Shown piece by piece: positions 14,112 through 25,775 of a stretch of DNA of 64,000 nt; position 1 is the stretch's first letter; each line of letters starts with the position of its first letter. The notes below the pieces were generated by a model, which did no database searches, was not told the origin of the DNA, and saw only the letters and a program-made list of their open reading frames with translations. Source of the stretch: Eledone cirrhosa (lineage: Eukaryota). The stretch spans positions 116,436,001 through 116,500,000 of the forward strand of contig OZ024745.1 of NCBI GenBank assembly GCA_964016885.1, read 5' to 3'. Both the position numbers and the translations under genes were made by a program.

Positions 14112-17100
14112 GGGTATGACATTAAACTACATCCAGTGGCAAGGCTCCAGTTCGGGAGTTCAGGAGATGTGGGGAATGTGGAGTTACCCCTTAGCTGTCA
14201 TGACTCCCAGGTCTGCCCTGGCCCGGGGTGGTAGTACCTGTTAGGGCTCCATTTATGGGTTAAATAACTACCTTATTCGAGTGGCGCCGGTAAGGTATTG
14301 TCAGCCATTGAAAAGAAATATGGAGAGTCGATCTAACAGCACTAGGGTTAGAGCCCCTAATTACACTGTCAAGGAGCAGCCTGGTCATTATGACTCTGCT
14401 GGCTTAGAGCCACAGAGAGGGCCAGTGGATGATGGATCAGCTGTCTCTGAGACAAATATAAAGAATGCAGTTTTGTCGTGCAGAAGAGCCATCAAAATGG
14501 GCACTTTGAATGTGAGGACTATTCGAACGCTGGAGAAGAGAGAGGAGTTGGGACATCTGTTCGAGGAGAGTGGTATACAGATACTTGCGATCCAAGAACA
14601 CAGGATTCTACACGATGAGCCCGTGAGGAGTGTGATGATCGGGAGGAAGAGCCAGCTCATCACTACATCGGCAGTGAAGAACACAACAAATGCTGCAGTA
14701 GGAGGAGTGGGTTTTGTGTTCAGTGCAAAAACCAATTTGTTGGTGAGGAAAATAATGCCTATCTCCCCGCGAGTGTTGAGGGTGACCTTCAATGGAAACC
14801 CAAGACTGACAGTCATCTCAGCCTATAGTCCAACCGAGGGGGACAGTGAAGTGAATGCCGAGGAGTTCCATGAGGAGGTGTGTAGAGCTGTCAACACCAC
14901 TCAGGCACACAATATCCTGCTTGTTTTGGGGGACTTCAATGCACATCTGTGTTAGGAGGGCAGTGAAGATCCTTGCTGGTACTTCCATAACAACACCAAC
15001 CGAAATGGAAGACTACTGAGAGACACCCTGCTGGAGGCGAACTTGATGGCGACCAACCTAAGGTTTAGGAAGAATCTGGGGAAGATGTGGACCTACATCT
15101 CAGATATGCACCTGTCCAAGTCCCAGATTGATTTCATTCTGGTGAGGAAAAAGTGGCGGAATAGTGTTCTGAACACGGAACCATACAGCTATTTCAGTAC
15201 ACTGGGTAGTGACCACCGGCTTGTTATGAGTGAGGTCCGCGTGAGCTTAAGAAAGAGCAAGGCTCAGCCCCGGAGAACAATCTATGACTGGGGAGCTTTC
15301 AAGGAAGATGATAAGCTACAGGAGAGGTTCACAGTGGAAGTGAGAAACAGGTTTAGTGCTCTGTGTGGAGAGTCAGAGGAGAGAGAGATTGGATGGACTG
15401 AGGAGAGGGTGACGAGGAGGTACGGGCACTTCACCAATGCAGTGGCGAAAGCAAGTGAAACCCTGGTGCCGAGGAAAAAGAACAAAGGGAAGCACGTCAG
15501 CTCTGCAAACCCAAAAGTGTGTGCAGCCAGAGAACACCTGAAAGCTGCCAGGGACCAATTCTATGCTGATCCTACGGAGGAGAGGACGGGGACTGTGGAG
15601 GTGATGAGGGAAGAGCTCTGTACCGCTTACACTGAGGTCAGAGAGGAGGCACTGATAGAGAAGATCAGAAGTGTGGAGAGAGCGGTTGACAGATCTGGAT
15701 GTAAGGAGAGCTGGATGATCATCAACGAGATCACAGGGAGGAAGAAAAGGTGTTCGAGTCAGATCCAGGGAACGGGGCCCGAGGATAGGAAGAGGAAATG
15801 GCTAGACCATTTTAGGACCCTACTAGGAGAGCCACCCTCCACAGCCCAGAGCACTGGGGAGATCAGGCGGCTGTTTGAGGAACTGGATGTTGAGACAGAG
15901 CCCTTCACCAGAGAGGAGCTTCAGAGAGCCAAGAAGAAGATCAAGGAGGGCAAGGCTCATGGAGAGGATGGAGTGGCATCAGAGGTGATGAAGAGGTGTG
16001 ATTTTGATGATATCATCCTGGGGTTCTGTAACGGGGCACTGGAGAAAGGAGTTGCCCCGAATCAGTGGAGGATCAGTAACATCGTCCCAGTGCCAAAGAA
16101 GGGAGATCTCTCTAACACCAACAACTACCGGGGGATCTCACTGACGTCACTTGTGGCAAAGACCCTCAACAGGATGATTCTTAACAGGATCCAGCCTGAG
16201 ATGGAGAAGAAGCTCAGAGACAACCAGAACGGCTTCAGAGAGGGTAGATCAACCACCAGTCACATCCTGATGCTGAGGAGGATATTAGAGGGAGCTATAG
16301 CAAAGTGCCTTCCTGCGGTCATGGTTTTCATTGACTTTAGGAATGCCTTTGATTCTGTGGACCGTTACTGCCTGATGAAGATCTTACAGGCTTATGGAAT
16401 CCCCAAGAAGATAGTGGACCTGATATCACTGCTCTACACCAACACCAAGGCCCAAGTCATTACACCTGATGGGATGACAGAGTTCTTTGAGATACTGGCT
16501 GGAGTGCTCCAGGGAGATACATTGGCTCCATACCTTTTTATCATCGTAGTGAACTATTGTATGCGCCTTGCACTGGAGAAACACCAGGACTCTGGCTTTA
16601 CTGTAGCACCGGCTCGGAGCAGGAGAGTTGGGGCGAAAATGTATCGGATGCTGAATTTGCCGACGACATAGTTTTGGTGACAAATACAGTGAAGGAGGCA
16701 GAGGATTTGATGCAGGAGGTGGAGTCTATGTCGATGAGTGTGGGGCTGAAAATGAATGAGACTAAAACAAAATATCTGATAGAGAATGTTGAGAAGCCAG
16801 AGGGGATCACTAATGTAGGCGGGAGGCCGCTGGAATTGGTTGAGGACTTCCTGTATTTGGGAGCAAAGATTGGGAATACGGAAGATGATGTGGTTGAGAG
16901 GAAGAGCAAGGCCTGGGCGGCGTGTCACAGCTTGAGATCGGTGTGGAAGTCGGACCTTCGTAGAGACCTGAAAATCCGCCTCTTCATTGCTGTAGTGGAG
17001 TCTGTGCTGCTGTATGGGTCTGAGACTTGGACAGTGACCAAGAGACTCACTCAGATGGTGGATGGGTGCTACACGAGAATGCTGAGGATGGCTCTGAACA

Positions 17101-17420
17101 TTAATCAGTATACACTGAGGATGAAAAACTCAGAGCTGTATGGGAGCATCCCAAAAGTCAGCTCAAAAGTGACACAGAGGAGACTGAGGTTGGCTGGACA
17201 TGCTCACCGACATCCAGAGTTGACATTGCACTCAGTGCTCCTTTGGGAGCCCCTACATGGACACACTAGAAGAGGAAGACCAAGGTTAACATATGTTGAT
17301 GCCCTAAGGACAGACACTGGTCTGTTGGAGATGCAGGATATGGCAGCGATAATGAGGGACAGATACCGCTGGAGAGAACTCGTCCATGGATCTCGGGAAT
17401 TTTACCCGCCTTAGATAGAT
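14107..17420 (+). mobile_element. Near-full-length RTE-clade LINE (APE endonuclease + RT) inserted in (TA)n
   Basis: APE motifs GTLNVRT, ILAIQEHR, SAYSPT, LGDFNA, QIDFIL, SDHRL; RT motifs NYRGISL, QNGFR, QGDTLAP, FADD. One stop (14953-14955) and one frameshift (~16638); short TAGA tail; ~200-bp 5' UTR. Confidence 0.97.
14281..17414 (+). pseudogene. Disrupted RTE ORF (EN-RT polyprotein, ~1030 codons)
   Basis: ORFs 14281-14955 and 15043-16671 share a frame across one TAG. 16557-17414 continues after a 1-nt deletion relative to the minus-strand copy. Confidence 0.9.
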
Positions 17421-17706
17421 ATATATATATATATATATATATGGGCAGGGTCATATCGTTATAATATTGCCAGGAATAATAATAAAACGCACTCGCCGCT
17501 TAGATTTGATTGCTTTTCATTTCTGTATCTTTTATATATCCTTAGTTAATTTATCTGGCAATAAATGTTTATCATTGTTTGACCAACGGTTAAAACTATG
17601 GATATGAATATATATACAATACATTATGAAGAGAGAAGAAATATTAGATATAATTAGTAATAAGATATATCATACCTAAACTGCTTCTAAATTCCGTAAT
17701 GAGATA

Positions 17707-17796
17707 TCCTCTTGATAAGTCGGCAGACCTCACAAAAATTCTATATCTCTGTGATGTAGTGTTTTTGCATATGCCACGAAACTACGTAGTCGAGGA
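17707..17796 (+). ncRNA. Type I hammerhead ribozyme, U3-A8 core variant (family E)
   Basis: TCCTC-TTGATAA-GT(C)GGCA..TGCCAC-GAAA-CTACGTAG-TC^-GAGGA. Preceded by an inverted copy (17612-17695) of its downstream flank (17794-17876). Confidence 0.8.
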
Positions 17797-18473
17797 ATTT
17801 AGAAGCAGTTTAGGTATGATATATCTTATTACTAATTATTTCTAATGTTTCTTCTCTCTTCATAATGTATTATATATAGCTCTGATACTGAATCAGTCTA
17901 ATCCATTCGGATTGGTTTGTCCCAGTTATTCATAGAGCAACATCGGTTAAGGTTGGCACCACTAACTCATGGATATATGTGGATATATTCATGTATATGT
18001 ATGTGTCCGCATGTATCTGTGTTTCTCTATATATTGTATATATATATATATATATATATATAGTCTATAAAAGTTCTTTCATCACATACCTCTGATACCA
18101 TCAGTGGTACTATTATGTTTCCTCCCGTTGCATTGTAATGTTTATTCCATTTATTTTATTTATTTATCCTTATCTCTGCGCATGCGTTTGTGTGTGTGTT
18201 TTCTGTTTGATGTGTGGTGTGTGTTTGTGTCTTCGTGTCTGAGTCTGTGTTTTTGTATTCTATCTATGTTCACAAGTGTGTGTTTATGTGTTGTTGTTGT
18301 TATTGTACCTGTGTATATTATTTCATTTATATTTATCTTAGGTCAGTATATATGTGTTTGTGTATGGTTGTTATTGTTATTCCATTTTTTTTTTTGTTCA
18401 ACTTCGGTTTTTTTAATTCTATCTCAGTTGCTTCTCTATCTCACTTCTTTTCGGCAAAAGCAGGGGAGTACGT

Positions 18474-18515
18474 GGCTCTGATGAACGTCAACCAGCGTGA
18501 AACGGACTGTCAGCT
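18474..18515 (+). ncRNA. Hammerhead ribozyme (family D, C3-G8 core)
   Basis: GGCT-CTGATGA-ACG..CGT-GAAA-CGGACTG-TC^-AGCT. Helix I is extended by CTTCTTTTCGGC..GGGAG / CTCCC..GCCAAAAAGAAG. Confidence 0.75.
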
Positions 18516-18664
18516 TCTCTCCCTTCTTTCGCCAAAAAGAAGTAAGTGACATAGTCACTACTTTAAAACTGATAGCGTATGGTATTCTAAATGCTTTTAA
18601 TTAAACATATATACTATCCATCCATTCGTGTATACATCGCTATTTCAGAACACCAATCCTCCTA

Positions 18665-18848
<184 letters not shown>

Positions 18849-19029
18849 TTATATATATCGTGAAAGAATGAAGAGTAACATTGTTGGCTGTACAACAAGG
18901 GGCTTTATTTCTAAAACTATCCACGACACAGAGTACTCACAACCTCTAACTGGATTACCTATAACGATAACATGTTATACCATATATATATATATATATA
19001 TATATATGAACACCCTATCCCATATCATA

Positions 19030-19390
19030 TGACCTCTATTATTCTCCGGCTTACTGACCTCGTTCTCTCTCAGAATGGCTTTTCCTTTTCCTGAGAATTT
19101 TACCAACAGGTCTCTGTGGTAGCCATTAACATAGGGATGGGCCCAAACTACTATAACTTGTTCGTGTTATACGTTGAGGCCATAATCTTCACCCACTACA
19201 CTACTCCGATTCTCAACTATAAGGTCATTACATCGACGATTGTACCAGCACCACATCTCTCCTATGAACAACTTGACTCCTTTCTTTCTTTTCCCCAGTC
19301 TTTCCATCCAGCCCTCAACTTCACCACCCTAGTCTCTAACACTTCTGTCCAATTTCTTGACATCTCTGTCTTTTTGAACACACTCACCAC
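19030..19390 (+). mobile_element. Penelope-like RT core fragment (decayed)
   Basis: LTDLVLSQNGFSF.EFYQQVS.VA..GMGPNYYNLFVLYVE; TACATCGACGATTGT encodes YIDDC; FHPALNFT..VQFLDISV. Confidence 0.8.
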
Positions 19391-20375
19391 ACACGCTCCA
19401 TTGAGTACACTCGCCACGCACTCTCTGTCTATTGACCACACTCACCACACACTCTCTGTCTATTGACCACACTCACCACACTCTCAGTCTATTTACCACA
19501 CTCACCATACACTCTCAGTCAATTCACCACGCTCACCACACACACTCTATTGACTACACTCAACATGCACACTCAGGCTAGTGACTATACTCAACACACA
19601 CTCTCTCTATTGACCACACTCACCACACACTCTCTGTCTATTGACTACACTCGCCACACTCTCTGTCTATTGGCCACACTCACCACACACTCTGTGTCTA
19701 TTGACCACAGTCACCACACTCTGTCTATTGACCACACTCACCACACTCTCAGTCTATTGACCACACTCTCAGTCTATTAACCACACTCACCACACTCTCT
19801 CAGACTATTGACTACACTCACCACACTCTCTGTCTATTGACCACACTAACCACACACACTCTGTCTATTGAACACACTCACCACACTCTGTCTATGGAAC
19901 ACACTCAGCACACTCTGTCTATTGACCACACTCACCACACACACTCTGTCTATTGACCACACTCACCACACTCTCTGTCTATTGTCCACACTCACCTCAC
20001 ACACTGTCTATTGACCACACTCATTGTACACTCTCAGTCTAGTCTATTGACCACACTCACTACACACTCTCTCTATTGACCGCACTCACCACACACTCTC
20101 TATTGACCACACTCACCACACACTGTTAGTCTATTGACCACGCACACCACACTCTCAGTCTATTGACCACACACACCACACTCTCAGTCTATTGACCACA
20201 CTCACCACACACTCTTAGTCTATTGACCACACTCATCACACTCTCTGTCTATTCACTACACTCACCACACTCTCAGGCTATTGACCACACTCTCCACACA
20301 CACTATGTCTATTGACCACACTCACCACACACTCTCAGGCTATTGACTACACCCACCACACACTCTTAATCTATT
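19378..20375. repeat. ~29-31-bp minisatellite (CTCTGTCTATTGACCACACTCACCACA)n, ~30 copies
   Basis: Read directly; copies are imperfect. Confidence 0.95.
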
Positions 20376-21412
20376 AATCAGTGTAGCTTACTCTAAATGT
20401 GTTACTTTAGTTTGTTTCTTTTCAATATAATGTCTTAACATTCCGCCGTTGGTTACATAGAATTCGGCCTTTCAGAATCCTTTAAGTGTTTGAAATATGT
20501 TGTATTTATGATAACACATCAGCCCAAATTTCCACTATATAAGGTTTTGTAGTAAATGTAATTACTTTTAACTTCCGAGTTGTTTTCTCAACCTCGATTC
20601 TTCTCAATTTAATCATTAAGTTAATATTTCTCCTACTCAGTGGATACAATTACTACTACTTTTAGTGTTTTTCCTCTACATTTAGTATGTTAACAGAAGT
20701 CCCCGTAGGAAATTTCACTCAAGCGTAATTTTATCTGCTCTCCTATTGGATATAAATATTTTATACTCGAAATGAATAACCTTTAGTATACAGTAGACGT
20801 AAAATGGCATTTAAATGGCTTCAAACAAAACCAGATACTGGCTTTCATTCGAAACTGTGGTTAGGAGTTACGTTTTAACCTTTCACATAGCCACGAAAAT
20901 GGGACTAATAAATAACTCTGGAAATATTTACATCAAATATAATGCTCATGATTTGAATCGCCTGGTTTACGATAAATACGACCTGACCTTCCATATCATT
21001 TAAATAAAACTATTTTAATGATACACGCCATAAAATCAATTTATTCTCGATTTCAGTCTTGAAATTTCAGACCACATTTATGACTAATATGGCTGTTGGG
21101 GTGGTAATCTTTCTGCGGTAAAAGGTCTAATTTACTTTCTCGATATTAGTTAACTAGTTAGAATATTTGGCTGATTAACATTGCATAATTATGTCTCTAT
21201 TTTTTTCTCCTGAAAGGATTCTAATTATTCAAGAGAATCGATAACTCCATTAAGAACATTTAAATGAACAGTTGATAGGGGTATTTGCTCAGGTTGAAGA
21301 TAATTAATTTGATAGCAGAAATGCTCTACTATAAATGCAGGCAATTTAGAATATTGAAATTAGACCGTTATAGTAAATTGTATTCTATTACACGTAGAAA
21401 AAATGTATTACA

Positions 21413-21511
<99 letters not shown>

Positions 21512-22439
21512 TATTCTGTATATCAGTGTTAAAGAAACCAGTAATATCCACACAAATCCTATCTGCTAGGATGTAAAATGTGTTTCAGAGATGGTGTATT
21601 AAAGAAATAAAAACAACGTACATTTTGCCTATGGTATATGTAAAACGATTCCCTTCGGGACAGATATAGTATCGATAATGGCAATCCTTGAACGTACCGC
21701 TTTTTATTATTTAATACGATTGTAACTATTTTCTCCTTACTCCTTATAGAACCCCCCCCCCCCTTCCCACACACACACACGCCACCACCACTACCACCAC
21801 CACCATCACAAGCATTTCTAATATCCGCAGGTTTTTTGAAAACGCTCAGATTGATTTTCTGCCGTGGAACTACTCTTAAACATAATTAACTAGGCTAAAG
21901 TTTCACAGGTTGATGTCTTATATAGCGAATAAAACAATTATTTACACTAATTTCAATTTAAATTATGATATTGTTTCCTCTGTCTTCTTCGCCCAAATTT
22001 ATTTATCAAGCTAATACATTTTAATTTGATTTATTGAAATTTCGTTTTCTATTTTATTCAAACATTCTGTATGTCAAGAGCATATAAGTGCAACTGTCCT
22101 CAACTCAAGATCTACTTATGTCAGTTCAGAAGGGACACATCCAGCCTAAACAGAGCATGTCTCAATGATTTATGAGTGCGAGCCGACAAAAATGACCTCC
22201 GTGTTTCTGAGATTAGTTGACTTTGATTTTCTGCTCACACAAGGCGATCCAACTAGCTGTCGTCTTACATCATTTTCAAAGAACACCCGAGATATTTTGA
22301 AGAAATATTTTCAATTATACATCAATTAATACACAAGAAACTGGATCAAATTAGAAAGTCGATTAGCCGTAAGTTTCTCATCCCCCTAATACAGTTTGTT
22401 TTGGCAAATATGGAATCAATAAGGCAGCACTGACCAGTA

Positions 22440-23490
22440 CAGATCCAGGAGATTCCGGAGAGGGATTTCGACTTATCCCTCTAAAAGCTTACATGGGCAA
22501 CATTACAGACTTTCTACGAAGGATAGCCTGCAATCTGCAGTTATGTGGATCTTAAAGCCCCTGCAGATACACGATATCAGCACTAGTATAGCGAAGTACA
22601 TGGCCACTAAAATCAACGAATATAAAAAGAAGTGCCATGATGTCCCAAGCCAATCTGAAAATGCATTTCAATCCCATTAATAAGGATTACAAACTTGGTG
22701 AGTCAAGGCCCATCAGAACGCTTGGTGACTCGAAAGGAAACGTTGTAGGGTCGACTGGGACCAAACTAAAGACAGGTAGAAAATGGATAGGACGGGAGGC
22801 AGCGGATGCAGGAGCGGGACAGTCTCAAATTAATAGGCAGGAACTAGGTCCAACAAATGGTGATCAGACTCCAGTGGAATCACGGAGAAATATCTGAAAT
22901 TACAAAGCAGATGCCGTGAGAATCTGAAGTACAATACAGCAGAGCCAACTAAGGCAAGGAACGAATGTGCTTTCCAAAGACTTTTCCGTGGGAATAACTT
23001 ATCTATGATCTCATGCCCTCGAATGCAAATTTAGTGAAGTAGATAACCGTTAGTGTCTTCTCTGACCACTCGAACTTGAACTCGGACTTCTTTTGTATTA
23101 ACCCAATGAAGATACACGTGGAAGCACAACCAATATCTATAGGAGATCGAACATATATGTTCTGCCACAGAAAACTCCATACCGTCAGAATCTCCAGCAA
23201 CATTCTTTACGACATTAGATAGCAAATTGTATCCTGGAACAGCTATGTTATCCAGGGTACGAGAGAGATATTTTTGGTGTGGAGCGGATAATGATCGTGA
23301 GTGTACAGCTTTTCTACCAGAATTGAAACAACAACCAGAAACTATCAGCAAGTGTTACTTAAAGCCAGATATTGTACTCCTTCAGATCATCGAAACAGTC
23401 TAATTTGAAAGAGCTCACTGTTCCATTTTAAAGCAGAATAGATGTAGGGGACCTGGTCTACTTATAAGGTAAAGAGTTAAGGTACGAAAT
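22440..23490 (+). mobile_element. Decayed RLE-type non-LTR retrotransposon C-terminus (HERO/NeSL-like)
   Basis: LKTGRKW..EAAD; IYDLMPSNANLVK; RYTWKHNQ; KPDIVL..ELTVPF..RI..K..RY (restriction-like endonuclease), read across frameshifts. Confidence 0.65.
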
Positions 23491-23555
23491 ATTTGTACGA
23501 GATGGGCTTCTTCTCTGCCGAACATAACCTAAAAATATGTTTCTGAGCGTTCTTA

Positions 23556-23735
23556 TAATGGTTTCTTATATAGGCACGGCACAAGCCCAGCAATTTTGGG
23601 GGTGGGGAAAGTCGATTAAATCGAGCCCAGTGCGTTACTGGTACTTTATTTTATCGACCCTGTAAGGATGAAAGCCAAATTAACCGCGGCGGAATTTGAA
23701 CTCAGATCATAAAGGGCCGTAACTCGATGCTGCAC
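23556..23735 (-). mobile_element. tRNA-derived SINE
   Basis: Reverse complement of the 44628 element; ACTGGTACTTTATTTTATCGACCC..GGATGAAAG..GAATTTGAACTCAG. Confidence 0.85.
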
Positions 23736-24203
23736 CCTTCTAAACTTTCTTATAATAACACTTAAACCATATGTTTATGATATTACCCCTGACTATTTTA
23801 CAACAATCTTAATATGAATGAAATTAGTATATTTCTGAAAGAGAGCGTTTCCGTGTTAAATTCTATCAAAATTACGTAAAATTATTTCATTGTAGTTTGG
23901 AATATTTTGCCATTGGAATGCGTCGTGTACTTTGCTGAATAAACTATAAACGATTCAGCTTTGTACATGATTCTCGAAATATAATTATCTGAATCCTCAC
24001 AGAAAAGGGAATAATATTATCTCCACAAAGGGTAAAAGATCTTGTTTGACAATCACCGGAGAATTTGAGAATGTTATTCACTGAAGTTAACAGGGAATTA
24101 AAGGGACTAGTAACAATAATGACTCGGTAAAATATTTGATTATTAAAGAATACGAATATATATTTCAAATGTATATATATATATATATTGCTGGACCAAG
24201 GAT

Positions 24204-24333
24204 TTTCTTCTTCTTCTTCTTCTTCTTCTTCTTCTTCTTCTTCTTCTTCTTCTTCTTCTTCTTCTTCTTCTTCTTCTTCTTCTTCTTCTTCTTCTTCTTC
24301 TTCTTCTTCTTCTTCTTCTTCTTCTTCTTCTTC
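24204..24333. repeat. (TTC)n microsatellite, ~43 copies
   Basis: Read directly. Confidence 0.98.
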
Positions 24334-24362
24334 ACCAACTTATTTCTGAGAGGGTCGTTATT

Positions 24363-24440
<78 letters not shown>

Positions 24441-24751
24441 TTGAAAAAAATGAAAACGAAATTTCATTTCTCACTCTTAGTATGGCACTTACTTAAATGT
24501 AAGTATGTATGTATACGTACATACATATATGTATACAGACGTACAGTAGCATGCATATATATATATATATATATATACATATATACACATATGCATACAG
24601 GTACACATACATATATGCACGCATCAGTTTAGCCGACGTTTATTATAACGCCTGCTTTGTTCGTTTGTTTGTCAACAAATCGAACAGCCTGAATTTATGC
24701 CATACGGTGTTAAGGCAACCACGTCACCTTTTTGTTCAACACTGACACAGG

Positions 24752-24796
24752 AACGATGTACTAGTTTCAAGCTTGTTAGCTATCATCAGCACCGTT
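24752..24796 (-). ncRNA. Minimal hammerhead ribozyme (family A); second minus copy at 25231-25275
   Basis: Reverse complement of the motif at 25731. Confidence 0.85.
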
Positions 24797-25730
24797 TACC
24801 CATCTGCCAGATAGTTGAACGTTCGAAAGTATATACTTTCCTTATGAAAATTAACGGCTGAGCAGCCTAATTTGCATATTGAGTGAGTTAAATCGGTCAG
24901 GCATACCGAAAACGATAAGTTGAAAAAAATGAAAACGAAATTTCATTTCTCACTCTTAGTATGGCACTTACTTAAATGTAAGTATGTATGTATACGTACA
25001 TACATATATGTATACAGACGTACAGTAGCATGCATATATATATATATATATATATACATATATACACATATGCATACAGGTACACATACATATATGCACG
25101 CATCAGTTTAGCCGACGTTTATTATAACGCCTGCTTTGTTCGTTTGTTTGTCAACAAATCGAACAGCCTGAATTTATGCCATACGGTGTTAAGGCAACCA
25201 CGTCACCTTTTTGTTCAACACTGACACAGGAACGATGTACTAGTTTCAAGCTTGTTAGCTATCATCAGCACCGTTTACCCATCTGCCAGATAGTTGAACG
25301 TTCGAAAGTATATACTTTCCTTATGAAAATTAACGGCTGAGCAGCCTAATTTGCATATTGAGTGAGTTAAATCGGTCAGGCATACCGAAAACGATAAGTT
25401 GAAAAAAATGAAAACGAAATTTCATTTCTCACTCTTAGTATGGCACTTACTTAAATGTAAGTATGTATGTATACGTACATACATATATGTATACAGACGT
25501 ACAGTAGCATGCATATATATATATATATATATATACATATATACACATATGCATACAGGTACACATACATATATGCACGCATCAGTTTAGCCGACGTTTA
25601 TTATAACGCCTGCGTTTTCGGTATGCCTGACCGATTTAACTCACTCAATATGCAAATTAGGCTGCTCAGCCGTTAATTTTCATAAGGAAAGTATATACTT
25701 TCGAACGTTCAACTATCTGGCAGATGGGTA

Positions 25731-25775
25731 AACGGTGCTGATGATAGCTAACAAGCTTGAAACTAGTACATCGTT
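25731..25775 (+). ncRNA. Minimal hammerhead ribozyme (family A), first of 11 plus-strand copies (CTGATGA at 25738 + 479n, last at 30528)
   Basis: AACGGTG-CTGATGA-T-AGCT-AACA-AGCT-T-GAAA-CTAG-TA^-CATCGTT. Helix I is extended by GTTCAAC..CTGGCA / TGTCAG..GTTGAAC. Confidence 0.87.

Noticed and set aside
16371-16385. CTGATGA inside the RTE ORF (also minus-strand hits near 52555 and 52715)
   Set aside because: No downstream GAAA/NUH with paired helices; chance matches.
19463-19780. Thr/His-rich mucin-like ORF
   Set aside because: Translation of the minisatellite, with frequent stops in neighbouring units.
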